DNA of 64,000 nucleotides from Octopus vulgaris (lineage: Eukaryota): the NCBI GenBank assembly GCA_951406725.2, contig OX597820.1, positions 121,210,001 to 121,274,000 on the forward strand, read 5' to 3'. Made by a program: the position numbers and the translations under genes. The notes under the pieces were generated by a model. That model was not told the DNA's origin. It did no database searches and saw nothing but the letters and a program-made list of their open reading frames with translations. The stretch's first letter is position 1; every line of letters starts with the position of its first letter. This document shows, in pieces, positions 1-12,733 of the stretch.

Positions 1-131
1 TATTTAATCGACCCCGACAGGATGAAAGGCAAAGTCGACCTCGGCGGAATTTGAACTCAGAACGTAACGGCAGACGAAAAACGGCTACGCATTTCGCCCG
101 GCGTGCTAATGTTTCTGCCAGCTCGCCGCCT
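1..131 (-). mobile_element. SINE family A (tRNA-derived, 'gcctttcatcctttcggggtcgataaa' core), 5' half; cut by window edge
   Basis: Reverse complement reads aggcggcgagctggcagaaac..gagttcaaattccgccgaggtcgactttgcctttcatcc (A-box and B-box-like head plus core), as in >10 other copies in the window. Confidence 0.85.
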
Positions 132-764
132 TAAGATAAAATAAATACCAATGTAGTACTGGGGTCGATGCAAGCGACCAAGCTCCTACCCTGAAACTGC
201 TGACCTTGTGCCAAAAATTAAAACCAGAATTTTATCAATATCTGATCTAAAATTTTCAAGAGTGACTTCCATCCTAAAAAGAGTAAGCAAAATTGATAAA
301 AAGTGGATGGTTCTTCAGCGCTCAGATCGTATCACTACATGAATATGCCTCACCTCAGCCGTACAAAGGAAAATATAAGATATTAATAATCTATCTTGTG
401 TAAATCTGTGTTTCGATTGGAAGAGGATGTTAATTGCCGTTTCGTAATTATGATGCATCGTCTGAAGGTGGAGGTAATTTTAATAAATCAAGAATTTGTA
501 CTGTATGATATTCACTATTACTCTCAGTTCTCTTGAGAGAGATACATACATAGAAGCATACATACAAACGTATGTACTTACATATAAACGTACACAAACA
601 TACACACGTGTAGGAGTGTGGCTTTGGCGAAACTCCACCTGATTCAAAATAGATTCTTCAGCTGGTTGATATCACAGAGATACACTTTTAGAAGCCATTC
701 ACATAGACGAGATGATTTATGGATTGTCCACAGTATGTGTGTGTGTTTGTGTGTGTGTGTGTGC

Positions 765-800
<36 letters not shown>

Positions 801-1319
801 ATGTATGTATGTATGTATGTATGTATGTATGTATGTATGTGCGTGCGTGCGTGCGTGCTGTGGCTGGTTTTCTTCAACAAATTACTGACAGTAATGGTGT
901 ACAAGCGACTAAGATTGAACGGGGACATCAGATTTTCGTGAAAGAATTTCCATTTTCAGTGCTAATGGTCTGTTATTGTTAATGTTTTTTTCTTCCCCTA
1001 ATCCTCTCATATGTTTTACATTTTGCTATGGTGACATTCTTGATATATTGCTACAAATGTCGGCCAAACTTCTTTACTGCTTTTGTTTGTCCGTATCCAA
1101 GTTTCTCAGATTATTGTACAACTGTCAAAATTCTTTCGTGTATTTAATTCACACTAAACTGTTTTAAAGTTTTCATTTATCGCTCCAGTTTAACTGTAAA
1201 TGGTTTCCGCAAACAAGTTCCGACAGATTTCTTAAATTAGCTATTAAAAAAAAAAAAAAGAAACTCTGCAGCCGTCTTTACCTCAGTTTTTTCTTCGTTA
1301 ATCGAGAATGGTTAACCTC

Positions 1320-1600
1320 CATGATCATTGTCATGACCTCCATCATCATCATTCATCATTGGTCGACCATGGTCGAGACAATGGAATTTACCATGCTACG
1401 CCAGACTTCACGGTCCATCATGGCATTGCGGAGGTCCTGTTGCTGGATGCCTGTATCCCTGGAGATTACATCAGGGTAGGAGAGGGTGCGCCCTCTGGTA
1501 TTGCGAGTAGATGGCTTCCAGAGGAGAAGAGTAGAAATTACCTCTTTTTCAGCTCTACAACAATGTCTAGCAAACTGGACTCTCTTACTTTTCACCTCCA
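1320..1600 (-). mobile_element. RTE-clade LINE 3' fragment
   Basis: Minus frame RVQFARHCCRAEKEVISTLLLWKP..GRTLSYPDVISRDTG..MMDREVWRSMV resembles the RTE ORF C-terminus; followed by a (TGA)n tail. Confidence 0.75.
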
Positions 1601-1904
1601 GACATGTTAGACCGGGTACGATTGCCTTCAACTATGTGAAGCCCACTAAAGATATCTACTAGACTGATAGATTTGTTAAATCTCCCAACAGATAATGTCT
1701 ACCACCCGAGGTAAATGTACCCGAAATGTTTTAGTTTAAATTTAGTTTAAATATCAGATGCTAATCTTTCATGTTTCTTATTTCGTATATCTAATATTAG
1801 GAATTCCTATTGTTTCGAGATCAAATAACTACCCGGCTTTTCTTCTTCTGTCTGCCTTTTAGTTTATCTTTAAATTGTTTTTAGTTGGATCAGTAATTAA
1901 CATT

Positions 1905-2300
1905 TCTCTTTTAACGTTTACTTACTTCAGTCATTAGACTACGCCCATGCAGGAGCAACGCGTTGAAGTATTTTAGTTGAACGAATCGACTCCAGTACAT
2001 GTTTTTATACCAAGTACTTATTTATTCTATCGGTCTCTCCTACTCGAACTTCTTGGGTTACTGGGACGTAAACAAACCAAGACCAGTCTGCAAGCGTGGT
2101 GGGGGACAAACGCAAACAACTCGCACGCGCACGCACACACACATACATACAAACATACATACATATGCACTGGCACGGATTTGGCCGGCTTCAAGGTTTT
2201 AGTGAAAACACTTGCCCAAGGTTTCACGCTGTGAGATTCAGCCCTGGACAATGTCCTTGGGAAGTAAACCTCTTACGACACAGCCAGCCACGCCTGCGCC
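1905..2300 (-). mobile_element. SINE family B (CORE-like), decayed
   Basis: cttgggcaagtg core, internal (CA)n/(TACA)n, and a degenerate version of the family-B tail. Confidence 0.7.
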
Positions 2301-2737
2301 TCCATTCAATATTTTCCTAACAACTGCTTTAAATAGCTTCTCGTTGTTGATGACATTGTCCATCTTGGAATGTATTTTGTAATGGTGTTTAAATATATTT
2401 GTGATAGAGGGACATCGATGAAAATGGTTTTTGCCGTTGCCTGTCGTATGTTCTTATGATTAACTGTTGTGGAGTGAAATGACACCCCAGCACATGGCTG
2501 TCCGTGGACTGGACGAGTCTTTGGAATTGTTGAGCCAGAAGGCCGGTGAGGTCGAACTGTAAGAACATTAGTCGCGTTATGGATTCTGCGTTGGGGTATT
2601 GGAATGTTATTGTGCGAACGGTTATAATATGATAACCAAGTCTTGTTACTTATTGTTATACAGTTATGTTTTGTGTACTGTGATATATTGTTACACACAA
2701 ACACATATCATATATCGTCACTGACGATATAACATTA

Positions 2738-3215
2738 TCTGTTTCTTTACTACCCACAAGGGGCTAAACACAGAGGGGACAAAGAAGGACAGGCAAACGG
2801 ATTAAGTCGATTATATCGACCCCAGTATGCAGCTGGTACTCAATTTATCGACCCCGAACGGATGAAAGGTAAAGTCGACCTCAGCGGAATTTGAACTCAG
2901 AACGCAACCGCAGACGAAATACAGCTACGCATTTCGCCCCGCGTGCTAACGTTTCTGCCAGCTCGCCTCCTTATGACGATATATATTTCTTTATTGCCCA
3001 CAAGGGGCTAAACATAGAGGGGACAAACAAGAAGAGACAAAGGGATTAAGTCGATTACATTGACCCCAGTGCGAAACTGGTACTCTATTTATCGACCCCG
3101 AAAGGATGAAAGGCAAAGTCGACCTCGGCGGAAGTTGAACTCAGAACGTAACGGCAGACGAAATACGGCTACACATTTTGACCGGCGTGCTAACGTTTCT
3201 GCCAGCTCGCCGCCT
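2738..3215 (-). mobile_element. Two full-length SINE family A copies in tandem (~2740-2970, ~2984-3214)
   Basis: Two ~230-bp copies; tgacgatata occurs at 2722, 2974 and 3218 (TSD-like). Confidence 0.9.
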
Positions 3216-5475
3216 TATGACGATATACCATTAACATTACCTCTGATTCTTCGTTGATTGATAAAATAATCACCTGTCGAGTCCAACAGTCAACCGAATG
3301 GACCATTCTTGTTTTACTCTGCCCTCTTTGTGCCTTTGTGTTCTAATAGAATTGAACTCAATTTTTCAAACCATGAGCAATTTTGACTACACATTAAGAA
3401 ACTATTTATGGTTACGGGGACAGGGTCAATTGCGAATGAAATGCTCTTTAGTTATATACACAATAGAGTAACGTTGACAAGATTAGAAAATCGATCTTAC
3501 AATCCGTTTTCCAGTAAATTATCGAAAAATCCATTTCTTTCTGTACACTAAGTCGTTCTTCTACTTTATAGTGACGTTTTGACCACATACCTGTATACAT
3601 GTATGCTGTGCGAAAATTATGCCACCTCTTCATCACATTTATGTCATTAGATACGTTGAGGTTTCTATTTAAACAAATATTTCCAGTTTTACGTGTGCAA
3701 CATTGAACTGAGAGGAAAATGATCGATTCTATTCTGTCACGATTCCTTCCATTATGTCACGTCAGTATTCTGCGCAAAGAATGTTCTTTTCTCATTCACG
3801 TATTTAAAACATAATGACGAACATAGAAAACAAAAACCAAACAAAATTTAAATAATATTGGTAGCACAATATATTAAAGGTAATTTTTAACACTGACCTT
3901 TGAAGATTAAATGTAGTTAGGTTGTGTAACGGAAATAGATACATTTCTAAGATAATACATTTAGAGTTTTCACCGAAAGATCTGACAGGAAGACAAAACT
4001 ATATTTTAAACACACAATACCAAATAAAGATGGCGAGAGAGATTTTAGAGAAAATTATATTTCTGCTTCTCTTTCTTTCCCTCTAACTTTCTTTTTGTTT
4101 CTTTCTCCCTCCACTCTCTCTACATATGTATTACATACGTGTTGTATGATACAAGTGTGTTTGTTTGTCTGTGTGTGTGTGAGAGAGAGAGAGAGAGAGT
4201 GAGAGAGAGAGAGAGAGAGAGATTGTCGTTTGAATTCTTCTCAAATCTAAAATTCTCTAAAGGGCACCTCTGTGACATTCTCTCGATCTTTCTCTTTCTC
4301 CATCTCTCTCTCTCTATCTCTCTCCCTTTCTGGGCTCTCATCCACTCTTTCACTCTCTGTTCGTCTCTATCTCCCACCCTCACTCATGGCTGATGTCTAC
4401 TTTCAACGTAAATCAGGAGCATTTTCACATCGTCTTTCACCTATTTTCCCTTTGGTTATTAACCCCACTTGATTATATTATGCCGACTGGCGTATGTTTA
4501 TATGGGAACCACTTCTGCTTTCGTTGCCTCATCACACATTTTTCTTTGAATGTTTTATTTTACTTTTCTAAGTCTGTAGCATGTTTACCCACCCCGCCCC
4601 CCACCTTGTATGTAATTCTGCGGTTTCCAACCGTTTAATTTGAAGACACATTGTCGCAAAACAATAGAACTGTAGTAATCTTTAAAACTATATTCCATTT
4701 AAACGTAATTAATATACGATAAAATTCTTGTGTAACCATTTTTTTTTAGCTTTGTTTACCATCCATGATGTTTTGAAGACTTTCCATTAATGGCTGATTG
4801 TAGGATAAATTCACGGATATTTCGCATTTTATCACATTTCAAATGTAACATTTCTAACTGTGAACGGTGCTGAATTATAACGTCAGAATATTTTGGTTCA
4901 TACCCCAAGCTTAGTAGCCACTGGTCTAATGTGGTATAGGTGACTCAGTTTTGTAATTTGTACAAGATTTACATCTTTAGTACTGCAAAAAAAATAAACC
5001 CCGAAATAGTCGAAAAGATCTTGAGTTGGATCAAGTAATTAATGCGAGGGCACATAGGTTGTAGGAGGAATGTTATTGCATCCAGGCATAACAATTTATT
5101 ATTTATCTTCCATTTCATATAACTGCCGTGAATAAATAAATAAGCAAGAGATGTAACATACATTATATTAAATCTTCACCTGGAGGAGTTATTATCGTAT
5201 TATTGCAATTGTTTACGCAGAATCAGATGCTAAGTTTTAAAATATATACCTAAAATTTCAGCCAACATTTAGTTTATTGTTCGAAGAAAGTGAATATAAA
5301 TTGATGAAAGAATGAATGTAAATTGACATCCTAATTATTTTATGTAAGCGATCTATGTGACATAACCAATATACAGAACATATATATATATTTTACGTGA
5401 CATGAAAACTATACATATATTTTATAGAATTACATTTATGCTGTGTGTACCTCAGCTGTTATATCTGAAATACTT

Positions 5476-5703
5476 AAATACCTATTTCTTTACTACGCAC
5501 AAGGGGCTAAACACAGAAGGGACAAACAAGGACAGACAAAGGGATTAAGTCGATTACATCGACTCCAGTGCGTAACTGGTACTTAATTTATCGACCCCGA
5601 AAGGATGAAAGGCAAAGTCGTCCTCGGCGGAATTTGAACTCAGAACGTAACTGCAGACGAAATACAGCTAAGCATTTCGCCCGGCCTGCTAACGTTTCTG
5701 CCA
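5476..5703 (-). mobile_element. SINE family A copy
   Basis: Near-identical to the other family A copies; carries the multimer junction aaatac|ctatttc at 5481/5482. Confidence 0.9.
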
Positions 5704-6181
5704 CAGGAAGGAACCATACGAGTAGATGCCTGTGGACTTAACGAAGGAGTTCTTTATGCTCTCTTAGTGAAATGTTGGTATGTCACTATCATCCCCTCCT
5801 AGTGATAGGTTTTTATCACTATCTATTTTCATTTTTTAGGACACTAAAATCTATATTAACCAAACGTTCTAGTTTAGGTTCCATCGATAAAGAAAAGCGT
5901 AACTTATTAGCTCGTATTTTCCTCGTATTTTAAATATTTGTGTCGGTCAAGAATCAATTTGTAATTCTTCTTCTGGACAAAGAGTGTTAAAAAGAATCAG
6001 TTGTTTGACCTTTTCCTAATCTGATGTAACGAGAAATCAGTGATTAGCGCCATTGACTACAGAAGAGTGATTCTTTTAAGCTAATGCAAGTCGTGATTTC
6101 GAAACTGCATCTTCACAAGCAAGCCAAGCATGCAATAAGCATATGTCGTTAGTTTAAAATGTTGCTCCAATGTATGCTTGG

Positions 6182-6324
6182 CTTCTTCGTCTTCTTCTTC
6201 TTCTTCTTCTTCTTCTTCTTCTTCTTCTTCTTCTTCTTCTTCTTCTTCTTCTTCTTCTTCTTCTTCTTCTTCTTCTTCTTCTTCTTCTTCTTCTTCTTCT
6301 TCTTCTTCTTCTTCTTCTTCTTCT
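6182..6324. repeat. (CTT)n microsatellite
   Basis: Near-pure CTT run of ~140 bp; explains the poly-R and poly-L ORFs. Confidence 0.98.
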
Positions 6325-6837
6325 ACTACAGCTAGACAAAGTTGGTCATTGTAGGTTAAGTATCTTAATTCATAGAGACACCGTATAGCGTTAAGGAGTT
6401 AGGAAGAAGGAATATTCTCGAACAGAGTCTAGAAACTCAGTGAACATAAAATTATAAACATTATCATCATCATCATCATCATCATCATGGTGTCAAGTGT
6501 TACCTGTTTACGCTAGAAATTAAGCTATTCCCAGACGAACAAACGAAGCATTCATCGTGTTTACTTGACTTATAAGCCGTCACATTTATTACCAAACCCA
6601 GCTGGTTGGAGACAAGGACACACTGGATAAAGTAATCAAATGAAACAAGACATGCGGGTTGGTCAGGGGTGGAATGCCATCGATTAAAAAGATATATTCA
6701 ATCAAGATTGATCTGAGAGTAAATGACAATATCGGCAACTACATTGTACACAGCTTATATAATCGCATTTCGAATCTACCAACTTTATTTTGATTACAGG
6801 TATTTTAATTTCAAATTATTAACGTTGTTGCTGTTTT

Positions 6838-6979
6838 TCTGTGTTCAAATTCTACTGAGGACGACATAGCTCTTCATCCTTTCGGGATTGATAAATTAAG
6901 TACCAGTTGAATACTGGGTCGATATACTTGATAAGGCCACTCCTCCTGTCTTACAGGCTATGTACCTTTAGGAGAAAGG

Positions 6980-7018
<39 letters not shown>

Positions 7019-7141
7019 TTTATTATTTTTATTATTTTTATTATTATTATCATTATTATTATTATTTTTATTTTATTATTATTATCATTATTATTATTAA
7101 TATTATTATTATTTTTATATTATTATTATTTATTATTATTA

Positions 7142-7185
<44 letters not shown>

Positions 7186-7240
7186 TTATCATTATTATTA
7201 TTTTTATTATTATTAGTGGTAGTAGTAGTAGTAGTAGCAG
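6838..7240 (+). mobile_element. Older family-A-related SINE with an expanded (TTA)n tail
   Basis: gttcaaattc..cttcatcctttcgggattgataaattaagtaccag core runs into a degenerate (TAT)n/(TAG)n tract. Confidence 0.7.
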
Positions 7241-7428
7241 GAACAGAGCTGGAACGTAAGTGGGATACGGTTTCATATCACAACATAGTGTTTGTTCTCT
7301 TTATTATTATTTCTAACCCTTGTGTTTGCTGTTAGTGCATTCGGTCTTGTTGTCCAAAAAAAAAAACAAAAAAAAAAAGAAAAGAAAAGAAAAAAAAGGA
7401 AAGAAAAGGATTCATTAATCAGTCTTAC

Positions 7429-7500
7429 GGTAAGGAGAAAAGTTGAGTTGTTTGTCAAGATATTTCCTCTTCCTCCTCCTCCTCCTCCTCTGAATACCAT
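7429..7500 (-). CDS. Candidate first coding segment of a minus-strand gene (MVFRGGGGGGRGNILTNNSTFLLT, phase-0 donor), inside putative exon 7429-7783
   Basis: Minus-strand acceptor cttcgtgtcttcttacag| before 7783; donor ACC|gtaaga after 7429; ATG at 7500 gives exactly 24 codons to the donor; unique, GC-richer sequence; no homology recognised. Confidence 0.3.
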
Positions 7501-8693
7501 ATTTTCTTTCCCCAATATTTAAAAGTTCTCATTAAACTCTATTTAATTTGAAGTCACTTGTTTCTGCAGGCCTGAAAAGGAGAGAGTGGGGGAGAAGGGA
7601 GAGAAAGAAATTCGAAAACGGAGGTAAAAATTAGGCTCCTTCTCTCCAGTAATTCAAAGAGATACGCTTATGGATTCCCCCCCCCCACCGAATCCGAATT
7701 GCGACGACTGCGTTGCAGCTGTGAACACCGAACCCCGACCTCCGTCACCATCTCCAGCAAAACTAGCGCCAACGATGTTGAATCTGTAAGAAGACACGAA
7801 GTTATAAAAATAGTTGAAGATTTTATTAGTTTCAACAGATAACGACTTTATCGAGACTGGAATAGTTTTGACGGCAGTACACAATGCTGCCGATGGCGCT
7901 ATTAGCAGTAGCAATGGCATCGGAATCCAAAAACAGCAAAGTGAACAACAAAAACACACAACCTTGACAAATAACATCATCATCACAATTGCAATAACAA
8001 TAATAGCCGCAAGCTCTCCTTAAAATAAATCGCTTGTTCACATAACATGATCATGGAAAGAATGCTCCCGGCAGTTGAAGAGTGAACATTGGGATAATTA
8101 TGAGATTTGGTGAGGCTGAGTCTAATCTTTAATTATTGAAAGAGAAAAGAAGTAAAATGATGTACGAGTGTGTCTCAAAATATATCCTAATGGGGCAAAA
8201 GAAAATGCCGGACACCATAATAATTCCCATAATCAGATGCACGCAAGGGAGTTTGTATGCTTTTATATAAAGCCATGGTACCTGCAGCAGTGTCTAATAT
8301 GATTGTGACGGAGATTCCACAGTGCGTGGATCTTGAAAACCTCGTAACGAGCTGAGAAATTAGAGGAAGTGAAGGCCCTAGATCTGTTTCGCATATGAAG
8401 TGACCAGGGACAAGTGTAATAACTGTGTCCCTATTTCTTTCAAGACTGAGACGAAGGCTAGTGTGACTATGGAGATTAAGTGGCCCTAATGCTAACATTG
8501 TCGAAGCACAAACCCCTCCAATTTAACGAGACGTAATTGAAAGGCATAAAAAAAAGCACGAAACGCAACAACGGACGTAGAAAGAGGAGGGAATCGTCTA
8601 GCGAAAAGTTTCACAGTTCATTGACCTCTCTTCAGACAAGGCACATACGACATGCATCTGGATGTCAATCGTATATAATACTTTCTTATTTGA

Positions 8694-8840
8694 ATTCAAT
8701 TTCTAATGAGCTTCAAATAATATTTAAATATATTTCAATTATTCAAATTAACACTTTGCCAAACATGAATACATACATACATATCTATATCAATCTATCT
8801 ATCTATCTTATATATATTCTTTTGGCATTATGCAACTTAT

Positions 8841-8874
<34 letters not shown>

Positions 8875-8913
8875 ATGTATGTATATGTATATATATATGT
8901 ATGTATATGTATA

Positions 8914-8997
<84 letters not shown>

Positions 8998-9208
8998 TAT
9001 GTATATGTATATATATATATGTATGTATATGTATATATATATATATATGTATGTATATGTATATATATATATATGTATGTGTATGTATATATATGTGTAT
9101 GTATATATATATATATTCAATTTCTAATAAGCTTTAAATAATATTTAAATATGTTTCAGTTCTTCAAATTAACACTTGGCCAAACATGAATATATACATG
9201 CATATCTG

Positions 9209-9241
<33 letters not shown>

Positions 9242-9280
9242 TTATTTATTTATTCTTTTGGCATTATGTAACTTATGTTA
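8694..9280. repeat. Diverged ~150-bp direct duplication flanking a complex (TA)/(TATG) tract
   Basis: ttcaatttctaat..caaattaacact..ccaaacatgaat..ttcttttggcattatg at ~8694-8840 and ~9115-9280. Confidence 0.8.
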
Positions 9281-9564
9281 TCCAAAAGGGTGTTGACCTA
9301 ATATATCGTCAGCTGAGCTAAGTTATTGACCGGAGAAAGGGAACACGTAGTCTTCTCTGAAGACCAGGCAACAAACCGTTTTATGGTTTATTGAATGAAA
9401 TACACCCATATTCAACGGAAACGACGTAGTTAATTCTTATTTAACTCAGAGGCAGGGATCATAAAATGCTAATTTATTTCAGTTTTATTTCATTCACGAT
9501 GTAGCTCTACATATCTACATAGATATGTACATAAACATATATATACAGAGGAATACATTGGTTC

Positions 9565-9598
<34 letters not shown>

Positions 9599-9931
9599 AT
9601 ACTGTAATCATCACTGAGTGTGTTAGAAACACCTACGTTGCTATCTCTTCTTTCTAACAATATAGTTGTTTCTAACACCCTGGTCACATTTAGTTTTCCT
9701 TTTTAATGAAACATTGCAAATTGCTGTCTACTTAATTATATGTGAGTGTGTGTGTGTGTGTATGCATTCACACACAAATATCAGATGTACATCAATATGT
9801 ATTTACAAAATACACACATATCGTTATATATATATATATATGTATGTATGTATATCTGTATGTATGTATATCCTGGAAAAAGGATATATGTATTTGCATT
9901 GGGACCCCTTTCATCGAAAACCGGTGATTGT

Positions 9932-9976
9932 CGTGCGCTGATGACGGGTCAATACCTAGAAACTTGGGTCCGTGCG
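9932..9976 (+). ncRNA. Minimal type I hammerhead ribozyme motif, partly decayed
   Basis: cgtgcg CTGATGA cgggt caat accta GAAAC ttgg GTC cgtgcg; stem I is 6 bp with 2 GU pairs; stem II has a closing mismatch. Confidence 0.6.
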
Positions 9977-10219
9977 TATCACGTAGGTTGACGATGGGAA
10001 GGATGGCTTCCCTTTGCAAATACCGATAGGGCACAGAAAGTGTGTCAATAGCTAGCTGGAGAAGATGTTCTCCTGGGGCTACAAGCTACAGTAACATTCA
10101 CCCTTAGTGGTTATCCATTATTTAGATGGCAAATATACTTCACACACACACGCGTCGGTGGGTGTGTGTGTGTGTATGCGTGTGTGTGTGTGCGTGTGTG
10201 TGTAGGAGTGTATGCATAT

Positions 10220-10615
10220 CTCTTTTTATTCTTTGACATGTTTCAATCATTTGACTGCGTCCATGCTGGAGCACCGCCTTTAGTCGAACAAATCAAATCC
10301 ACGACTTAATCTCTGTAAGCCTAGTACTTATTTTATCGGTCTCTTTTTGCCGAACCGAAACGTAAACGCACCAACATCGATTGCCAAGCGATGGTGGTGG
10401 TGGAGAGGACAAACACACACAATTACACACACGCACATATATATATATATATATATATATGACGGGCTTCTTCCAGTTTCCGTCTACCAAATATATTCAA
10501 GGCTTTGGTCGGCCCGAGGCTATAGTAGAAGATATTTGCCCAAGGTACTCAGTGGGACTGAAACCGGAACCATGTGGTTGGTAAGCAAGCTACTTACCAC
10601 ACAGCCACGCCTGCG
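10220..10615 (-). mobile_element. SINE family B
   Basis: Head ggcgtggctgtgtggtaag..ggttccggtttcagtccc; cttgggcaa core; internal microsatellite; tail ggcggtgctccagcatgg. Confidence 0.9.
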
Positions 10616-11659
10616 GCTATATTATATATCTACATATAATATATAATATAATATATAATATAATCCATATTACAAATTTTTTTTCTCTCCGTTACAGAAA
10701 GGAATAAAACAAAGCAACTTGAAGCATTTATTTGATGAAGCATTCTTTCATTTAACCATCCTTGAAATTAATTGGTTAATTAACATTTGTATACAACTGT
10801 TGTTTTGATCAAGTTCTATATCTCCAGTATGAATCAGAAAACTATAGATTAGGAGATTATTAACTTAAAGGATTATAGAATCATCAGGAAAAGGAAACGT
10901 AGGGAGCTACATATTGGGATTTCTTTCTGGTATTATTGTTGTCAAACCGTTGGTATTTAAAGCGGTGGGAAAATGTAGTAGTAGTAGTAGTAGCAGCAGC
11001 AGTAGTAGTTGTAGTAGTAAATTATTAATTTGCAATTTATATAAACGTGAAAATGTTATCAGAACAATTATTTCTGTTTCTTGTACCCGTGAATGCAGTC
11101 ACGTGTCAGGCAATTCCAACTTCAACAATATTCTTCGAATCTCTTAATTGTTGGATGAAGGCATTTAATTCAAGCCGTTGTCAGTGATGGGTTTGTTACC
11201 TATTCTCTCGTACATTTCTCAATCTATCCATCTCCAAACCTCGTGTGTTTGCCGCCATCATCGTGCAGTTTACTAGCTCGCCATTGTTCGGATAGAAATT
11301 TAAGTACCAATAAAACCTCTTAATTGACTGGTTCTTTGTTTCGATGGTAACAGGAAGATGCATGTTAATAATGGCACGTTGCTCTTTGCATCATTATGCA
11401 TTTTCTGATTAAATTTTATATTTTGTTGCATAAGAGAACACGTGCGACCTAGTATATAGTGACACCATTCAGATTCCAAATTTTGTTTTCACATAAAATG
11501 TGATTCAAGAGGTAAATTTTGTCATGGGTCTCTTTCGCAGCGGAACATCACCACACGTCCGAATGCATTCGAATGAGCCAAATATAAATTCACACGAATG
11601 TATTTTATTCAACACTGCTTTTGCGACGATATTTTATAACATCTTCACGAAACTTTACG

Positions 11660-11990
11660 AAAGCGACGAGCTGGCAGAATCGTTAGCACGCCGGGCAAAA
11701 TTCTTGGCTGCATTTCATCCGTGTTTACGTTCTGAGTTCAAATTCTACCGCGGTCTACTTTGCTATTCATACCTTGTGGTGGCGCAATGGCCCAGTGGTT
11801 AGGGCAGCGGACTCGTGGTCGGAGGATCGCAGTTTCGATTCCCAGACCAGGCGTTGTGTGTGTTTATTGAGCGAAAACTCCTAAAAGCTCCACGAGGCTC
11901 CGGCAGAGGGTGGTGGCAACCCCTGTTGTACTCCAATGGCGGTGCCCCAGCATGGCCACATCTAGTGAGCTGAAACTAGATAAATAAATA
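11660..11990 (+). mobile_element. Composite: family A head, family C (tRNA-Arg-like) 5' half, and a LINE-type 3' tail
   Basis: gcgacgagctggcagaatcgttagcacg.. (11662); ggcgcaatggcccagtggttagggcagcggactcg.. (11781); ggcggtgccccagcatggcc..gctgaaac (11938). Confidence 0.75.
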
Positions 11991-12183
11991 TTAGCAAAGG
12001 TAACGTATGATGTTGTAATGAGAATAAACTCCTTCATATTGAATTAGGAATAACAGATCTTTTACCCATATTTGGCGGAGCAAAAGCATGCAGAAAGTCC
12101 GCCAACAGAATTTTATCCGGACATTATTTCCGCAGTGGAAGGTCTCTGCACATCCGATGAACGGGAACGTATTGATAATGATG

Positions 12184-12327
<144 letters not shown>

Positions 12328-12440
12328 ATATATTTCTGGAAACGTGAATACATATATCTAGCTAGCTATATGATTTCTATGTTTGTATATGTGTGTGCAT
12401 GTACCTGTGTAATTGTAGTTACTTAAACTATATTCATAAA

Positions 12441-12668
12441 CACGGCGTAGTGGTTAAGAGCGCGGCCTACCAACCCCAAGATTCCGACTTCGATTCCAGT
12501 TAGTGACCTGAATAATGATAATAATAATAATATCGAAAAATACCTGAGGAATGAGAACCCAGGTTCGAAACTTCCCCAAGACACCCGATGAAGGCTGGAG
12601 GTTATATCAGCCAAAACGTATTAACAACAAACACGATGAGGACAAATATCCGTCAAATGTAAATAATG

Positions 12669-12670
<2 letters not shown>
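12441..12670 (+). mobile_element. tRNA-headed short element with a hammerhead-like (Penelope pLTR-like) 3' part, ending in (TA)n
   Basis: A-box cggcgtagtgg (12443); B-box-like gacttcgattcc (12486); ccgatga aggctg..cagcc aaaac at 12585-12617. Confidence 0.55.

Positions 12671-12726
<56 letters not shown>

Positions 12727-12733
<7 letters not shown>

Noticed and set aside
1700-1730. cccga-ggta aatg tacc-cgaaat hammerhead-like remnant
   Set aside because: Core incomplete; cannot be distinguished from chance.
9355-9432. ctgaaga..gaaac gac gta possible long-stem hammerhead
   Set aside because: Stems I and II do not pair convincingly.
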